DNA of 39,669 nt. Source: an uncultured Candidatus Sumerlaeota bacterium. Its GTDB lineage: Bacteria > CAYMEV01. The stretch spans positions 1-39,669 of the forward strand of contig CAYMEV010000027.1 in NCBI GenBank assembly GCA_964389675.1, in the 5' to 3' direction. Positions 36,586 through 39,669 of the stretch are shown piece by piece (within the stretch, counting starts at the first letter, position 1; each line of letters opens with the position of its first letter). Below the pieces are notes generated by a model. The model was not told the DNA's origin. It saw nothing but the letters and a program-made list of their open reading frames with translations, and did not search any database. The position numbers and the translations under genes are program-made.

Positions 36586-37695
36586 TCAGTTCTGGTCTTT
36601 GGATTTGAAAATATTCTTAAAAAATTTTGCGAAGCAATATCCAAGGTTTGCCATCTTTTTTACCTCGCTCTTCAGGTCTTTATTCTCATTTCTTAGAAAT
36701 TCAATGGCCTTTTCTTTCTGCTTTAAATATTCAAAATATTTGACCAGCAGATGGTCCTTTTCCCTGATAATTTTATGGAATTCTTCAAAATGGGTTTCAT
36801 AGCCCTTCATCAGGCCATACAGGTCATTAATATGATTTGCATCTGCCTTCAAAGCTGATATGCCGTAATTAACAGCAAAATAAGGCAAAAGATCCTTTCT
36901 CAGCATAAAGTCATCATTTTCCTGTTTGTTAATTGCTTCTATCCTGTTTTTTTGATCTGCATCAATACTGTCATAGGATATTAATGTAAAAAGCCTGTAG
37001 TACGGAGGAATATTGTCCTTTTCAGCTATATAGGTATTATAGAAGCTATCCAGTTCTTTTACAAGATCGGTAAAAAAGTATTCATAGCCGTAAAAAGAGA
37101 ATATCCTTTTCAATACAGACATAAAAAACCAGATATAGGTATTTCCTGTCCCGAAGGATATGATGCTGCACGCATCAGGATCGATATGTTCTGTAATGTC
37201 ATGTTCTTCAGGAAGCCTGTTGGCGATATGCTGTGCAAGGTATGTGTCTTCCTTTTTCTGGATTGCCGATATGATCCTGCCCAGGAGCTTTTCAACCTGC
37301 TCATTCTCTTCATTTCCCTGGGGAAAAGAACAGATGATATGCTGTCCTGTTATCCTCTGTAACTCCCTGACATAATCAGGCCTCTTTGACGGCAGGATAT
37401 GCTCAAATGTATCCAATGAAATGGATATACTGAATGCTCTGGCATTAAAAGGGAGGTTAACAGCGTCCGAGATAATATAAAGTATACTTTCATCTGCAGG
37501 TATTACATGACTGTCAGCAACAACCTTGACATATTCGAGATCTGCAGACTCAAATACTGATCCGTCGCTTCCTCCAAGGTCCAGTATAAAACCCCCTTTT
37601 CCCCTGCCTTTTTCTGTTATAATATCCAGGATCCTGCGGCATACGCTAAATCTCTGGAATTGATCAAAAGAAAAATTAATCATTTTATCTCTCAT
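36586..37695 (-). CDS. SAM-dependent methyltransferase with C-terminal coiled coil (WbdD-like glycan chain terminator)
   Basis: Motif I ILDLGGSDG and DAVNLPF..SLDTFEHI. C-terminal heptad region and a basic amphipathic tail. Heads the GT-wzm-wzt cluster. Confidence 0.75.
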   Translation of the reverse strand: MRDKMINFSFDQFQRFSVCRRILDIITEKGRGKGGFILDLGGSDGSVFESADLEYVKVVADSHVIPADESILYIISDAVNLPFNARAFSISISLDTFEHILPSKRPDYVRELQRITGQHIICSFPQGNEENEQVEKLLGRIISAIQKKEDTYLAQHIANRLPEEHDITEHIDPDACSIISFGTGNTYIWFFMSVLKRIFSFYGYEYFFTDLVKELDSFYNTYIAEKDNIPPYYRLFTLISYDSIDADQKNRIEAINKQENDDFMLRKDLLPYFAVNYGISALKADANHINDLYGLMKGYETHFEEFHKIIREKDHLLVKYFEYLKQKEKAIEFLRNENKDLKSEVKKMANLGYCFAKFFKNIFKSKDQN

Positions 37696-37702
37696 CTCAG
37701 CA

Positions 37703-37930
37703 TTACCATTCTATATACATTTCTTTTTTCAGGCTTTCCAGAATTTTCATCACATCACTGTAAAAGTCAGAGCTTATCCACAATGCCAGGATGCCCTTCC
37801 TGGGGTCCAGAGTCCTTATTACTGCCAATCCTTCATATGCTTCAAAAAGGTTTGATATATAGCATACATCACTTTTTTTTATTCTGACTATCTTTGTAAC
37901 CGTATTCTTGGTTTCAGTGCTTAACTGCAT
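37703..37930 (-). CDS. DUF4911 family protein
   Basis: DVCYISNLFEAYEGLAVIRTLDPRKGILALWISSDF pattern. Start is likely ATG 37930, overlapping the trmB end. Confidence 0.75.
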   Translation of the reverse strand: MQLSTETKNTVTKIVRIKKSDVCYISNLFEAYEGLAVIRTLDPRKGILALWISSDFYSDVMKILESLKKEMYIEW

Positions 37931-38531
37931 GCAGATACTGTATGATCCCCTTCCCTTTACTTTCTCTGACTGCAAATTCAGTCAGCGGATAACCGGCCGG
38001 AAGGCCCTTGCCTGTGTGAGCTTCAAGGCCTGCCCTGTGCTGTCTGGCAAATTCTGCATATGTCAGGTATATATGCTCCATATATGGTTCATTATCGGTT
38101 ATTATTATAAAAAAGCCCTGATCTTTCAGTTTTCTATATAAAATATCAAGAAAATCTAATGTTATCAGCCTTCTCTTAAAATGCCTCTTTTTGTGGTAGG
38201 GGTCAGGGAAATTGATATATACACCGTTCAGCGATTCATTGCTGAAAAACCTGCAGATAGTCTCCTTTGCCTCGCCCCAGATTATCAGTGCATTATCCAG
38301 ATTCATCTTCTGTATCTTGGAATCTGCTTTTTTAACCCTTTTCCCTTTTATCTCAATCCCTATATACAGGTTATTCCTCTCCTTTTCTGCCAGGTCCATA
38401 AAGAATCTGTCAGGCCCGAAGCCGATCTCGGAGTATATCCCATCAAATACCCTTATCCTGCCCAATAATGTATTCAGGTCCGGGTACATTTCCGTGTCTA
38501 ATATCCTGCTCTGCTCCTCTGTAGTCAACAT
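37914..38531 (-). CDS. trmB: tRNA (guanine-N7)-methyltransferase
   Basis: Motifs EIGFG, YIGIEI, INFPDPYHKKRHFKRRLI and ITDNEPY. Confidence 0.92.
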   Translation of the reverse strand: MLTTEEQSRILDTEMYPDLNTLLGRIRVFDGIYSEIGFGPDRFFMDLAEKERNNLYIGIEIKGKRVKKADSKIQKMNLDNALIIWGEAKETICRFFSNESLNGVYINFPDPYHKKRHFKRRLITLDFLDILYRKLKDQGFFIIITDNEPYMEHIYLTYAEFARQHRAGLEAHTGKGLPAGYPLTEFAVRESKGKGIIQYLHAVKH

Positions 38532-38701
38532 AACCTGTTAAAGCCTTTCCTGATTAAAGAATATTAGTTTATTCAATAAATAAATTAAAACAATAAAATA
38601 ATTGGATCAGCATCCCATTTAAATTCTTGATTTAATTTCTAATATTTATAACATGAATGTCATATATATCATCTAATTATTATCAAGCAAGGAGAAACAC
38701 A

Positions 38702-39669
38702 TTGGAAACTCTAAACTTGCCAAAGCATTATGATTTTGCAGAAGTTGAAGAAAAGACTCAAAGGTTCTGGGAAGACAACAAAATTTATAGATTTGACAAG
38801 GATTCAGATAGGCCCGTATTCAGTGTAGACACCCCTCCGCCTACTGTAAGCGGCAGTCTTCATATAGGCCACATCTTTTCCTATACCCAGGCTGAAGCCA
38901 TAGTCAGATACTTCAGGATGAAGGGCTATAATATACTCTATCCTATGGGGTTTGATGACAACGGCCTGCCTTCAGAAAGGCTTACTGAAAAAGAGTATAA
39001 GATCAAAGGCATCGACATGCCTCGCGATAAATTCATTGATATATGCCTTAAGACTACTGATAAATATATAAAGGAATTCGCCCACCTCTGGAAGAGGCTG
39101 GGGTTCAGCATCGAATGGGACAGGACCTACTCGACCATTGATGAGAAAAGCAGGAGGATCAGCCAGAGAAGCTTTATTAAGCTTTACAAGGCAGGGAAAA
39201 TATATAAAAAGGCATCGCCTGCCCTGTTCTGCACAGATTGCATGACATCTTTCGCCCAGGCGGAGATAGAAAATGTTGACAAACCTTCAGTATTTTATGA
39301 CATAGTATTCAAAGATGATGAAGGAAACAGCCACACGATCTCGACCACAAGGCCGGAACTGCTTCCTGCATGCGTTGCCGTATTCATCCATCCCGATGAC
39401 AATAGATATAAAGGCATGGCAGGAAAGCTGCTTAGAGTGCCCCTGTTTGATTTCAGTGTAGAGGTAATAGCAGATCACAGGGTTGATATCGACAAAGGTA
39501 CCGGGCTTGTAATGTGCTGCACCTTCGGGGATAAGACAGATATTGAATGGTGGCAGCATTATAAACTGCCCCTGAAGGAAGCAATAGGGCCCGACGGCCA
39601 TATGACCGAAATAGCAGGCAGATACAGCGGTTTATACCTGAAAAAGGCAAGAAGATTGATCGTGGACGA
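38702..39669 (+). CDS. valS: Valine--tRNA ligase, type 2 (archaeal-like), N-terminal part (runs off the right edge; absent from the ORF track)
   Basis: TTG start after AAGGAG. Translates to METLNLPKHYDFAEVEEK..FSVDTPPPTVSGSLHIGHIFSYTQAE..GFDDNGLPSERL..STTRPELLPAC..GTGLVMCCTFGD. Confidence 0.95.
   Translation, partial: METLNLPKHYDFAEVEEKTQRFWEDNKIYRFDKDSDRPVFSVDTPPPTVSGSLHIGHIFSYTQAEAIVRYFRMKGYNILYPMGFDDNGLPSERLTEKEYKIKGIDMPRDKFIDICLKTTDKYIKEFAHLWKRLGFSIEWDRTYSTIDEKSRRISQRSFIKLYKAGKIYKKASPALFCTDCMTSFAQAEIENVDKPSVFYDIVFKDDEGNSHTISTTRPELLPACVAVFIHPDDNRYKGMAGKLLRVPLFDFSVEVIADHRVDIDKGTGLVMCCTFGDKTDIEWWQHYKLPLKEAIGPDGHMTEIAGRYSGLYLKKARRLIVD

Noticed and set aside
38532..38701. T-box riboswitch in the valS leader
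   Set aside because: The 170-nt AT-rich divergent promoter region has no T-box consensus (GGTGGNACCGCG) or terminator/antiterminator hairpins.
39287..39650. Minus-strand ORFs 39287-39601 and 39453-39650
   Set aside because: Antisense shadows of valS.
1..39669. Mobile elements, prophage, tRNA/rRNA genes, CRISPR arrays, recognisable anti-phage systems
   Set aside because: No integrase, transposase or phage genes, repeat arrays or structured-RNA-sized GC-rich intergenic segments were seen. All gaps are under ~170 nt and AT-rich.

Overview
Gene-dense, AT-rich bacterial chromosomal segment, code 11, about 37 CDS, mostly core housekeeping genes. I found no RNA genes, CRISPR arrays or mobile elements. 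Left part, in order: partial uvrA (-); nadE; HD-GYP protein; an orphan PRTase-like gene; rocD; ppdK; a minus-strand operon (DUF2062-mutL-miaA-TPR/SLH lipoprotein-TPR-mtnP); and DUF72, a CheW-like gene and a RomR-like regulator (+). A ~20 kb minus-strand block follows, read in transcription order: trmB, DUF4911, a methyltransferase/coiled-coil-GT4-GT2-wzm-wzt glycan export module, rpsU, U32/TrhP, a tandem cNMP protein, a GAF-pseudokinase-receiver, coaE, a membrane protein, tsaB, an FMN-binding protein, STAS, nnr, apbE, two B12-dependent radical SAM enzymes and yihY. A partial type 2 (archaeal-like) valS ends the window. The most notable observations are: a RomR-like polarity scaffold with a ~290-residue acidic linker and a duplicated C-terminal motif; a U32 gene with no canonical in-frame start (ATT start or 1-nt frameshift); a pseudo-histidine kinase paired with a tandem cNMP protein; an uncharacterised PRTase-fold protein; a TPR+SLH lipoprotein; and candidate leaderless genes. 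All calls come from motif recognition by eye; no searches were run.
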